From: a virus
DNA length: 64,000 bases
Reading direction: 5' to 3' (one strand)
Virus record (IMG/VR): IMGVR_UViG_3300047650_000023
The translations under genes were made by a program, and so were the position numbers. Under the pieces are notes generated by a model that did not search any database, had not been told where the DNA came from, and saw only the letters and a program-made list of their open reading frames with translations. This document shows, one piece after another, positions 19,214 to 28,099 of this stretch (positions within the stretch are counted from its first letter, which is position 1; every line of letters starts with the position of its first letter).

Positions 19214-19389
19214 AATTTTCGATTCATATGATCTGCAATAACTTCAATTGAATCTATTTTTCCATCTGCATATCCTATATTAGCACCAAAAATAACACCT
19301 ATATAAAATTCATTTTTACTCCATTCAATTTTAACTTTATCACCAAAAAGTAAAATTGATAAATCATGAATTTGTTTCATTATAAACAC
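19189..19389 (-). CDS. Hypothetical phage protein
   Basis: ORF in array. Confidence 0.55.
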   Translation of the reverse strand: MFIMKQIHDLSILLFGDKVKIEWSKNEFYIGVIFGANIGYADGKIDSIEVIADHMNRKLCQVYLMS

Positions 19390-19459
19390 TTCACTTTCAA
19401 TTTATTGCAGTTTTCTTTTATTCCGTGAAAACTTTTAAATATCGGCTGTAGTGGCTCTA

Positions 19460-20548
19460 TTAGGCTGTCTGCTCGTCTTTTGGTTTAGATTCATACTTTG
19501 TATAGGTTGGGTTTTCTTGCTCTGTGTCTGCTATACCTTTAAGAATACTAGCTATAACATTATAACGCTTTTGAACCTTTGTAGCGTCCCCAGAACCACT
19601 ACCAGTAGTTTCTGAATAATCTTTTATGGCTCTTTTATTTGCAAAAACATTGTTGATAAGTGACACATATTGACCGTCTGTAAACTCTTTATGCTCTGCC
19701 ATAATATATGCCAAAACAGATACAAAATTAGCGTTCATACTGCGGATTGTTTGATCATCTACAATATGTGTATAAATACTTGCTATACGATTAATTAATG
19801 CTGTTGCTTTTTCAATATTTGGGATTATAATTTCCTCTGCATCTGTCAAACGTTTGCATAGCTCTTTTGCTTTTATGTCATCATATCCCAAATTAGATAC
19901 AGCAAGTAAAGCATTCATTGCGATAATTTCATGATGATGTGATTTACTAAAAGTAGCATTTGCTTTGTCTGAAATTGTGCGGAAAAATTCATTACCTGAA
20001 ACTGTCAATAATGCATCGTTAAGTTTTTGGGAAAGTTTAGAACGTTCTTTGACAATTGCCGCTAATGCTGTGCCACCATTTAATTTACGAAAATAGTTTG
20101 TCATTTCCTCGATTGATTGGAAACCTTTGACGATAACAACAGTAATATTATAATTTAAAACTGCTTTTTGCTGATCCACTGTAACTGCTTTATCATTCAA
20201 CAAAAGAATTAAACTTGTCATACGCTGTAAGCCGTCTATAAGGTATTGTATGCCGTTAAATTCAGCTATTGTGATACAATTGCAAGGTAAGCCATGATTA
20301 ATTGAATCAAGCAAAGACAAGCGTTGTTCCTCAGTCCAAACATAAAGCCTTTGACATAAAGGAATTGAAAATTTACCTTCCTTATAACGTTTTATAATGC
20401 TTCTAACAGTTGTACGTTCACTTGACCATTCATAAACAATATCAGTTGTTGCTTGCTCTTGCTCGTCAAGATCATTTGCTGCGTTGGCAAAAGCTGCGAG
20501 TATATCCTGTTGCTCTACCTGTTCATTTCCCTTTATTTCTTCGTTCAT
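19460..20548 (-). CDS. DUF262 (GmrS/ParB-like) domain protein
   Basis: IPLCQRLYVW and LIDGLQR motifs. Confidence 0.8.
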   Translation of the reverse strand: MNEEIKGNEQVEQQDILAAFANAANDLDEQEQATTDIVYEWSSERTTVRSIIKRYKEGKFSIPLCQRLYVWTEEQRLSLLDSINHGLPCNCITIAEFNGIQYLIDGLQRMTSLILLLNDKAVTVDQQKAVLNYNITVVIVKGFQSIEEMTNYFRKLNGGTALAAIVKERSKLSQKLNDALLTVSGNEFFRTISDKANATFSKSHHHEIIAMNALLAVSNLGYDDIKAKELCKRLTDAEEIIIPNIEKATALINRIASIYTHIVDDQTIRSMNANFVSVLAYIMAEHKEFTDGQYVSLINNVFANKRAIKDYSETTGSGSGDATKVQKRYNVIASILKGIADTEQENPTYTKYESKPKDEQTA

Positions 20549-20611
20549 TATATATTACCTCTTTCAATAAAGTTTAATTTGTTGTAATTAGTATAACTAA
20601 TTATATCACGA

Positions 20612-20815
20612 TTATTGCGCCAATACAATAGATTTAGTAAGATTTTTAGCACCAAAATAATTAATTTGTTTCTGCTTGTAAACCTTACGTTGTCTCACCA
20701 TTAATATACCTTTAGCAAATGGGTCTAGCCTGTCATCCTGCTCTATGCGGATCAATGTCTCTAGTGCATCACGATACTCCAACCTTGCCAATTGTGCTAT
20801 TATTTTACTGCTCAT
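20612..20815 (-). CDS. Hypothetical phage protein
   Basis: AAAGGAAG upstream. Confidence 0.6.
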   Translation of the reverse strand: MSSKIIAQLARLEYRDALETLIRIEQDDRLDPFAKGILMVRQRKVYKQKQINYFGAKNLTKSIVLAQ

Positions 20816-20866
20816 TTTATGTACTTCCTTTCAAATTTTAATTAGTTTATTTGATTAAATAAAAAT

Positions 20867-20898
20867 GGTAGTGGGTTTTATTTTATGTCCTCCCACTA
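20867..20898 (-). terminator. Putative intrinsic terminator
   Basis: GTAGTGGG...CCCACTAC stem with downstream T-tract on minus strand. Confidence 0.5.
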
Positions 20899-20911
20899 CT
20901 GGACGAATTCT

Positions 20912-21187
20912 TTAAAACTCAAATGTTTCTTCTTTGCAATCTTTATTTTCATCAAGCACAAAATTATAATCATAACTAATTGTTTCAGGATTTCCGCTTT
21001 TTGTTTGAGTGCTTGACATTTCAAACATACTCATACCAGTTTCAGCTTGTTGTCTTTGCAATTCATCATAAAATACTGATATTGTCTGTTGTGTTAAATT
21101 ATGCTTATAATTGTCTTTTAGCCATTTCTCAAATTTTTCACTGTTAACAAACTTGTTTAATTTATAATCTTCCATCAATAAAACCAC
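20912..21187 (-). CDS. Hypothetical phage protein
   Basis: ORF in array. Confidence 0.6.
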   Translation of the reverse strand: MVLLMEDYKLNKFVNSEKFEKWLKDNYKHNLTQQTISVFYDELQRQQAETGMSMFEMSSTQTKSGNPETISYDYNFVLDENKDCKEETFEF

Positions 21188-21232
21188 CTTTCAAAATATA
21201 ATGTAACCGATAAAATTATTATTTGATGATAA

Positions 21233-21442
21233 TTACATACTGAATCTATCAACTAATGTTTCAACATCTATATTGTCATCGCCTCTTACTGTACATTCAT
21301 TGATAATATTGTCTTTATCAATAACCATTCCACAATCTTTAATTTTTACTACATACTTTTTACCTACTGTTAGAACTGTTTCAACGTCTGTATTATCTAC
21401 GCATTCCATTACTTTATTTGCTATAATTTTTGTCTTTGTCAT
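21233..21442 (-). CDS. Hypothetical phage protein
   Basis: AGGAG upstream. Confidence 0.6.
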   Translation of the reverse strand: MTKTKIIANKVMECVDNTDVETVLTVGKKYVVKIKDCGMVIDKDNIINECTVRGDDNIDVETLVDRFSM

Positions 21443-21497
21443 AATAAACTCCTGTTATAGTCTGCCTGTGTTATTAAACATTCAGGGCTTACGACTG

Positions 21498-21728
21498 TTA
21501 TTGGATATTGTTCTTATCCATAAATTCCGTAACTTCTTTGATATGCTGCTTGATTTCGGTTAATTTCTTTTCATCTTCTTCAATCCATTGCTTAGAATCA
21601 TCATCTTCAAATCTCCGATAGCATTCTTTGCTATCACTAAGTTTTTTCTCTGCCTTTTTTAACTGTTCATCCCATTCCATTAGGGTGATTTCTCTTTTTG
21701 TACCTTTTAATATTTGCATTATTAACAC
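21498..21728 (-). CDS. Hypothetical coiled-coil protein
   Basis: Downstream of the promoter at 21774. Confidence 0.6.
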   Translation of the reverse strand: MLIMQILKGTKREITLMEWDEQLKKAEKKLSDSKECYRRFEDDDSKQWIEEDEKKLTEIKQHIKEVTEFMDKNNIQ

Positions 21729-21773
21729 TCACTTTCAAAACTTATTGTTTGCTTATCTCTTAACCATGATTAC

Positions 21774-21802
21774 ATTATACACTTTATAGTGTCCAGTGTC
21801 AA
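21774..21802 (-). promoter_or_regulatory. Consensus sigma-A promoter
   Basis: TTGACA-17-TATAAT on minus strand. Confidence 0.85.
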
Positions 21803-21831
21803 GCGTTTTATTGAAATAAATTAAAAATATT

Positions 21832-22047
21832 TTAAATAGTTTCTTTGGTATCATTCAATTTAAACTCACCGATAAATTGTGCATCAAGCTTATTAGCTAT
21901 TTCTCGCAGTTCCTTTTCACTGAAATTATCCCTTGAAAACTTGTTGCTTAGATTTTGTCGGCTGATCTGGATGCGGTCTGCAAGCTCCTGCATGGTCATA
22001 TTACGCCGATTTAAAAGTATGCGTATCTTTTCACCCATTGTTATCAT
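21832..22047 (-). CDS. Xre/Cro-family HTH regulator
   Basis: MTMQELADRIQISRQNLSNKFSR HTH; similar to 16596-16826. Confidence 0.88.
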   Translation of the reverse strand: MITMGEKIRILLNRRNMTMQELADRIQISRQNLSNKFSRDNFSEKELREIANKLDAQFIGEFKLNDTKETI

Positions 22048-22083
22048 TGTATCACCTCAATTGATTTCTGACTGTCTAACGAC

Positions 22084-22112
22084 ATTTTAAACGTTATAGT
22101 GTACATTGTCAA
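22084..22112 (-). promoter_or_regulatory. Sigma-A promoter of the Xre gene
   Basis: TTGACA-17-TAAAAT; spacer shares ACACTATAA with the 21774 promoter. Confidence 0.75.
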
Positions 22113-22163
22113 TAAAATTTTTGCGTAAAAAGTGTGAATTGAATTGCTATTTGATCGTGTCTG

Positions 22164-22367
22164 TTAATCTGTTATTATTTCACCTTTATACGTTGTAACC
22201 TTTTGAATTAATTGAATATCATAATTACTATTGACTTTAAAAATAACTTCGTGATGATGCGGATCAATTTTCTTATCTTCCAAAACAAGGGAATTTAATT
22301 GCCGTTTAATTATGCTTTCAATGTAATTGTTTACTGTCATTTTAAGTTTTTTCATGTGATCAAACAC
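22164..22367 (-). CDS. Hypothetical phage protein
   Basis: AAAGGAG upstream. Confidence 0.55.
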   Translation of the reverse strand: MFDHMKKLKMTVNNYIESIIKRQLNSLVLEDKKIDPHHHEVIFKVNSNYDIQLIQKVTTYKGEIITD

Positions 22368-22683
22368 TCCTTTGCTTCACATATTTTTACTATTTTAATA
22401 ATTGCGATTGTTCAAGTATTTTCTCTTGTAATTCTCTGAATGTATCGAAACTTACCCCAGAGTATTCAACATCTGCCATATCATCCATTGTACTATATTT
22501 ATTAAATCGTTTTGCAATCTCTTTAATTAATTCGTCATTGTTGCAAATATTTTCAATATTTTCACCACTTATAAATTCTTCACATTTAAAAATTGCATTT
22601 CAAATTGCATCATTAACTTTAATAAACTGCTTAGTCAAAAATGTTATTTCAGCTTTACTATATTCTTCCATGATATACTCCTT

Positions 22684-23076
22684 TTAAGCCACCATTGATA
22701 ATAATTGTTCTGTTAATGCTGTATGCTTTTTGCCGTGTCTTTGATATTGGATGTGTGCTAGTTCATGACAAATACAACCTTCAAGCGTTTCGCCTAATAT
22801 ATTCATATAAGGACGTTTAATAGATATAAAGCACTCATGTATAAAATAGTTATCAATTGTTATTTCAAACGTGTTATAGTCTTCTGTTCTGCAAATGCCT
22901 AATGCTTCTTTGTGCTTACCATTATATAATTCATGATTGTAATTAGTAATATTACAATTGTTAAAATTAAATTTACTTTTTATATGATTGATTATTGAAT
23001 GAAAATACTGTATTTCTTGATCTGTTAATTCTGTTAGATTATCATAAATATCATAATATTGATTGTTAATTGTCAT
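22684..23076 (-). CDS. SprT/zincin-like metalloprotease-domain protein
   Basis: HExxH (CHELAH) followed by H...H (RHGKKH). Confidence 0.65.
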   Translation of the reverse strand: MTINNQYYDIYDNLTELTDQEIQYFHSIINHIKSKFNFNNCNITNYNHELYNGKHKEALGICRTEDYNTFEITIDNYFIHECFISIKRPYMNILGETLEGCICHELAHIQYQRHGKKHTALTEQLLSMVA

Positions 23077-23131
23077 GTTTACACCTCCTGAATACGTTCT
23101 GTTCTTGTTTTGCTATTTTCTGACGAGTTTG

Positions 23132-23353
23132 TTAATTATTACTTGCATGTTGTACATAATCTATTCTTGTTTCTATATCGTTTCTATCTAGTGGTTGTTT
23201 AATAAACCATAATTCAAAACGTTCTTGTAATTCATTCGCATTATTGCCATAAAATTTTCTAATCGGTGTTAATATTTTACCATAATCTTTATGTTGAGAT
23301 ATTGTATATACATTTAGATATAATGTATAATTTCCTTTTTTCATTTTAACCAC
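23132..23353 (-). CDS. Hypothetical phage protein
   Basis: ORF in array. Confidence 0.55.
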   Translation of the reverse strand: MVKMKKGNYTLYLNVYTISQHKDYGKILTPIRKFYGNNANELQERFELWFIKQPLDRNDIETRIDYVQHASNN

Positions 23354-23434
23354 TTCTTTCTGCTACTCAATTATACCATCAATTGATAGATTGATAATAT
23401 CGGTCACTGTTAAACTGTTAATTACTACTATTAA

Positions 23435-23463
23435 AGTATATCACTAATCTGTTATACTTGCAA
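23435..23463 (-). promoter_or_regulatory. Sigma-A-type promoter with GTATAACAGATT in the spacer
   Basis: TTGCAA-17-TATACT with extended -10 TG. Confidence 0.65.
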
Positions 23464-23543
23464 TACTTTCTACAAACATTTTTAGTTTGTTTTAGTATTG
23501 TGTGCTGTAATGGCTAGTGTTATACTTACGTGTTAATATTTTA

Positions 23544-23897
23544 CTATTTACCTCCTATAAATGATAATATTGCCTTTTTATTGCGATTCTCTGCTCTTTC
23601 ATATGTAGAACATGTTATATCTCTTTGCGTTGCTTCTCCAAAACTATTGACAAATGAATTGTTATTCGGTTCTGTTGTTTTATCGGTATTACTTGATAAC
23701 TCTAACTCTTGTAATTCATTAATCAAACGCTTTATTTTTTCGCTTCCTGCTCTCCATTCTTTTAGAATTGGTTCAGCCTTTTTGTTTAAAGGATCGCCGT
23801 GGCTTGCCACTGGAATTGAATGGAATAGTTCTATATTTAGTTGTCTTTGCTTTGCTATTTCCGTTTTTAAATCTTTTATTGATGTTGTGTTATTCAT
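23544..23897 (-). CDS. Hypothetical phage protein
   Basis: GGAGG upstream. Confidence 0.7.
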   Translation of the reverse strand: MNNTTSIKDLKTEIAKQRQLNIELFHSIPVASHGDPLNKKAEPILKEWRAGSEKIKRLINELQELELSSNTDKTTEPNNNSFVNSFGEATQRDITCSTYERAENRNKKAILSFIGGK

Positions 23898-24003
23898 AAT
23901 AATAATTCCTCCATAATATAATATTTTTGTTTAAAAACTTGTTAAAAGATATAACTTGTCATGCGTTTATTTTTTGCAATCTGTTATACCTTTTAAACAG
24001 TTT

Positions 24004-24981
24004 TTAAGCTGCTTGACTTTCATCTTTATAATCTGCAATTAGTTTATAAGGTAATGATTTTAAAATCTTATTTAAATCAAGTATAATGCTATCGCTTTTA
24101 AACATAAAATCATATTCGGCTCTGGACATTGTACAATATTCTGTTACGTGCTTATTTACTATTAGTTTTTTAATCTTATCAGAATTAGTATTTATAAACT
24201 TTCCTTCTTTACCTTCACCAATTACCCAATACATTTCATAACCAATTGCTATAAAACTGCGAGGCATTTTAAGGATTGTAATATTACTTTTATCAGTTAC
24301 ATACCATGTAAAAAATAATAGTTGTCTTTTCTTTTCAGTCGCTTCATGTTTTGCTTTTTGTTCTGCCATGAAACGATTCTGTTCAACTATAAATGATTCT
24401 TTAACTAATTGTAATTGGTTTATTAATTCGGCTTTATCAATAAAATTATCTTGATAATCTTTGCGGAAAATGAAATTGTTAGAATCAATGTATATTTCAA
24501 AATCTGTAAATACACATCTACCATTTATGGAATGATTTTCGTATTTAATACTGATAAAGTTTTTAATTCTGTTATGATTAGCGCAAATTTCAATTTTAAA
24601 ATCCTTATCTGAAAAATTAGCAAATATAGAATTGACTTCTACTAGTAAACTTTCAAGTATTGGCAGTTCGTTTTCAGCTTGAATTACTTTATTTTCTTGT
24701 GCTTGAATAAAATCAGCATGTAATTTATACAGTTCTGTTAATGTTATCTGATCCAAAAACATTTTAGCTATTTTATTACGTGTGTTGCCGTGAATGTTTT
24801 CACCTTCAAAATCGTAAGGCACATATGAGAAATAACCTTTTGTGTTATCCTCATGAACTGCATAAATAGCCGATTTATCATTTTCTGGAATAAATAAAGA
24901 TATCACTTTTTTACGGTCAAGTTTACAACTATGTTGTGTTATATCCTCGACCATGTTGTTAATAATTGTTTGCTCATTCAT
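24004..24981 (-). CDS. Hypothetical phage protein
   Basis: Start moved to MNEQT after GGAGG. Confidence 0.7.
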   Translation of the reverse strand: MNEQTIINNMVEDITQHSCKLDRKKVISLFIPENDKSAIYAVHEDNTKGYFSYVPYDFEGENIHGNTRNKIAKMFLDQITLTELYKLHADFIQAQENKVIQAENELPILESLLVEVNSIFANFSDKDFKIEICANHNRIKNFISIKYENHSINGRCVFTDFEIYIDSNNFIFRKDYQDNFIDKAELINQLQLVKESFIVEQNRFMAEQKAKHEATEKKRQLLFFTWYVTDKSNITILKMPRSFIAIGYEMYWVIGEGKEGKFINTNSDKIKKLIVNKHVTEYCTMSRAEYDFMFKSDSIILDLNKILKSLPYKLIADYKDESQAA

Positions 24982-24985
24982 TCTG

Positions 24986-25261
24986 TTATGCCTCCACTTC
25001 ATTAATAAGTAATGCAGATAATACTGTAAACTTTGCATACTTTTTGTAAAATACTGCATAATCAATATAATTCTTTGTGTTGTTAAAAAATATTGAAAAA
25101 CGTGTTTGCATATTGTGTCGTGATACAACATCTGTTATATTATATCTGTCTGCAATTTTTTCGTATTCTCTTGCATCACAACTATTGTTTGAGTATTCGC
25201 ATAGCTGTATAGTTTTCTGTAGCTTATCAATTGCAATGTAATAATATTTCTGGTCTTCCAT
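24986..25261 (-). CDS. Hypothetical phage protein
   Basis: GGAGG upstream. Confidence 0.65.
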   Translation of the reverse strand: MEDQKYYYIAIDKLQKTIQLCEYSNNSCDAREYEKIADRYNITDVVSRHNMQTRFSIFFNNTKNYIDYAVFYKKYAKFTVLSALLINEVEA

Positions 25262-25579
25262 AGTGTTATAGCCTCCATATTGTGTTATAGATTAGATTAA
25301 ACATCGTTATAAGCCTATGATTGTTATAGCGTGTATTGATTGTATCATAGGTTTATAACGGCATTCAAGCCGTTAATTAATGGATTATAAAAGGTAATAT
25401 AATTACTATTGCAATGCAAAGCGAAGCAAGGATATCTGTTATATTAATATGTAATTTTATCATTGTATTAATCCTCCATGTATAAATTTTAGGCTGCTGT
25501 TATAGATTTTAAAAGACAATTAAATACTCTATAGAGCGCACAATAATTTGTTATAGTCTGTTATGCGCTCAAACAATAT

Positions 25580-25831
25580 TTAATTAGTTGTTAATTGTTT
25601 TTTAAAATAATACTCTAGTTTATCGCCTTCTGGATTTTTGCTATAATCGTTATTAATCCATGTTTCATATATTACCGGATATTTTTCTTCAATAACTTTG
25701 ATAACTCCATCGCGAATTATAACATTTTCTTTTGATCCTAAAGTGTTTTCTGTGTGATTCCATACTTCTAATAATTGACTGATTTTTAATGCTGATAGTT
25801 TATTAATCATTGCGCTATTAGCTTCTAACAT
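25580..25831 (-). CDS. Hypothetical phage protein
   Basis: AAGGGG upstream. Confidence 0.6.
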   Translation of the reverse strand: MLEANSAMINKLSALKISQLLEVWNHTENTLGSKENVIIRDGVIKVIEEKYPVIYETWINNDYSKNPEGDKLEYYFKKQLTTN

Positions 25832-26201
25832 GATAAATTACCCCTTTTATTAGTTAAATTTTTAAAAACTGTTTAAAACATACTATTTTTTAATAATCCT
25901 GTTATGCTATTGTAATGCCGTGTAGTGCTGTATATTTGCGTTGTATGCCGTGATTTTGTATCGTGTTATAGTCTATAAAGATAAACATTATAACGTGATA
26001 CAGTGCCGATATAGTGCCTTGATTGCTATGGTTGCGACTTGCATAGAGTCTATAAATTGAATTAACATAGCCATTTCGTGATTAAAGTACTTTGGATTAA
26101 TAATTCAAGTTGTTTAACGCTTGCAAGGTGTGTAAGGCTTTTAACCTATGGTGGACGGCATTGACTCGCTCAATGCCCCTAAAGCGTTGCTGTTATAGCT
26201 G

Positions 26202-26543
26202 TTAATAATTATATTGTGCTTTCCATGTATAATTTTCTCTGATTAAAATGTCCATTTCATCTAAACGGCTTTTAGTTGCAGTTTCATTGCCTTGCAAACA
26301 ATATCTATTTTCACGGATTGATTCAGCAATGGTTTTTTCTAAAATGGTTTTTGGTGTATTGACTTTCCCACCAAAAACACGTTTTACAAATTCTTGTTTT
26401 GTCTCATTGATTCCACCATGGTATAAGTGATAATTGTTATCAGATGTGTAAAAATGTTCAATTGTTTGATAAAGTAAACCGCTAATTGTTTGTCTGTCGC
26501 TATTTTCGCGAATTGTTAATTTTTCAAATTCTTCATGCATCAT
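26202..26543 (-). CDS. Hypothetical protein, first gene after the left-arm promoter
   Basis: AAGGTGG upstream. Confidence 0.65.
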   Translation of the reverse strand: MMHEEFEKLTIRENSDRQTISGLLYQTIEHFYTSDNNYHLYHGGINETKQEFVKRVFGGKVNTPKTILEKTIAESIRENRYCLQGNETATKSRLDEMDILIRENYTWKAQYNY

Positions 26544-26619
26544 AATAAAAAAACCACCTTTTAATTATTTGAATTAATTTATATTTAATTTGTATATATC
26601 TTATTTAAGATTATAACTA

Positions 26620-26648
26620 ATTATAGTCTTTTGAAACGCATATGTCAA
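26620..26648 (-). promoter_or_regulatory. Consensus sigma-A promoter driving the left arm
   Basis: TTGACA-17-TATAAT on minus strand. Confidence 0.85.
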
Positions 26649-26980
26649 CACATTTATTTGTATTTCTTAATTTATTGTACCTATTTTGTAGTGAAATATA
26701 CACAAAGTTTTTAATTTGAAATTGTTTATTATTACTAAATAATTTATGATTGATTTATATTGTTTTGATATTTGTATTAATATTATATATGGCTTTATAT
26801 GCTATTGTGTGACTTTGTGGAGAGATTTTATTTTGTGGGTATAATTATGAGGTTTATATTATTTTGGACGTTTTGGATTGAATGTCAAGGGGTGAAGGGT
26901 ATTTGAATAGATTATTTAAAGTTTTAAGCAAAATAAAACCGCCTATTTCTAAGCGGTTTAAAAGTTGGATTTAGTGATTA

Positions 26981-27475
26981 TTAGAGATTGCAGATTAAAA
27001 CATTGTTTTTAATTATTACATTACTGAATATTGATTGCAATATGGTAATATAAAATTTTGTCGTTTCATTTCTTTGGTAACAATCTTTTTTGGATATCGC
27101 ACCGATTCCTGATTTATTTCCCTCATAAACTGTAAAATATGCAATTCCATTTTCATTCAGTAAAGATTTAATTTGCATTAATATTTCAGTAACAATTGTA
27201 TTTTCTGAAATGACATTCAAAACATTATTGCAAGTAATAATATCATATTTTTGAGATAAACTATTTTGGTTATATTCTGAATCTCTATTATATTTATCAT
27301 AACCTTTTGAAATTAAACCGCATAAAGTAAGATGATTTAAAAAATTATCATATTTACCACAACCATAATCAAGAATAGATTTATTTTGATATTGGGCAAA
27401 ATCAATTTTGTTTGCAATAGCAGGAAGTTTATTCTTATTGATACTTGTATTTGCGGATGTAAATTGCTGTGTCAT
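26981..27475 (-). CDS. Class I SAM-dependent methyltransferase
   Basis: Motif I ILDYGCGK; YDIITCNNVLNVI; downstream stem AAACCGC...GCGGTTT (about 26937-26962). Confidence 0.8.
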   Translation of the reverse strand: MTQQFTSANTSINKNKLPAIANKIDFAQYQNKSILDYGCGKYDNFLNHLTLCGLISKGYDKYNRDSEYNQNSLSQKYDIITCNNVLNVISENTIVTEILMQIKSLLNENGIAYFTVYEGNKSGIGAISKKDCYQRNETTKFYITILQSIFSNVIIKNNVLICNL

Positions 27476-28014
27476 AATTAATCAAACCTCATTTCGATAC
27501 TGTCAATATCGTATTTCATTATATTAATAATACTACTTTATAAGATGTTTGTATATAGTATTATGCACAAAGTTTATTTAATTTATTTATGCAATGTAAA
27601 CAAAGTTTACTCTCTATATGTAGTATAGTTTTATTGATCGTTGGGTAATAGTATACTATATATTGTATGAGGTTGTACCCTTGATATTTGACTTGTATGC
27701 GGTTTTATTATTTGGAGTGATATTATAGGTTTAATTCATTTTAAACGATTTGTAACTTTTGGATACATAATATGGTAGTGGATTTATACAGATTGTATTA
27801 ATAGTGATTTTATATATTAGTTAGTTAGTATGATTAATATAGTATAGTGAATTATTGAAGGTTGCTGATTAAGGGTATAAGCAATGTAAGTATACTCTTT
27901 TAGGGTATGATTGATTTTAGGTTAAATGTTGCAGGATTGCAATATTGATTATAAGTATACCTTTATAGTGTTTGTTTATATTTTACTATAAATAAATTAA
28001 GATTGATTAAATAG

Positions 28015-28099
28015 TTTTCAACAGTTTCAACAAAGTTTTCAACAGGTAATATTATAAGTTGTTGAAAGTTATTAACACTTTTCAACAGAGTTTTCAACA
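28015..28099. repeat. Cluster of seven DnaA-box-like 9-mers (putative origin element)
   Basis: TTTTCAACA at 28015, 28036, 28079, 28091; GTTTCAACA 28024; inverted CTTTCAACA 28060; TTATTAACA 28069. Confidence 0.6.

Noticed and set aside
15603-21492. TCAGGGCTTAC repeated at 15603 and 21482
   Set aside because: Only two copies and no consistent spacing to starts; insufficient support.
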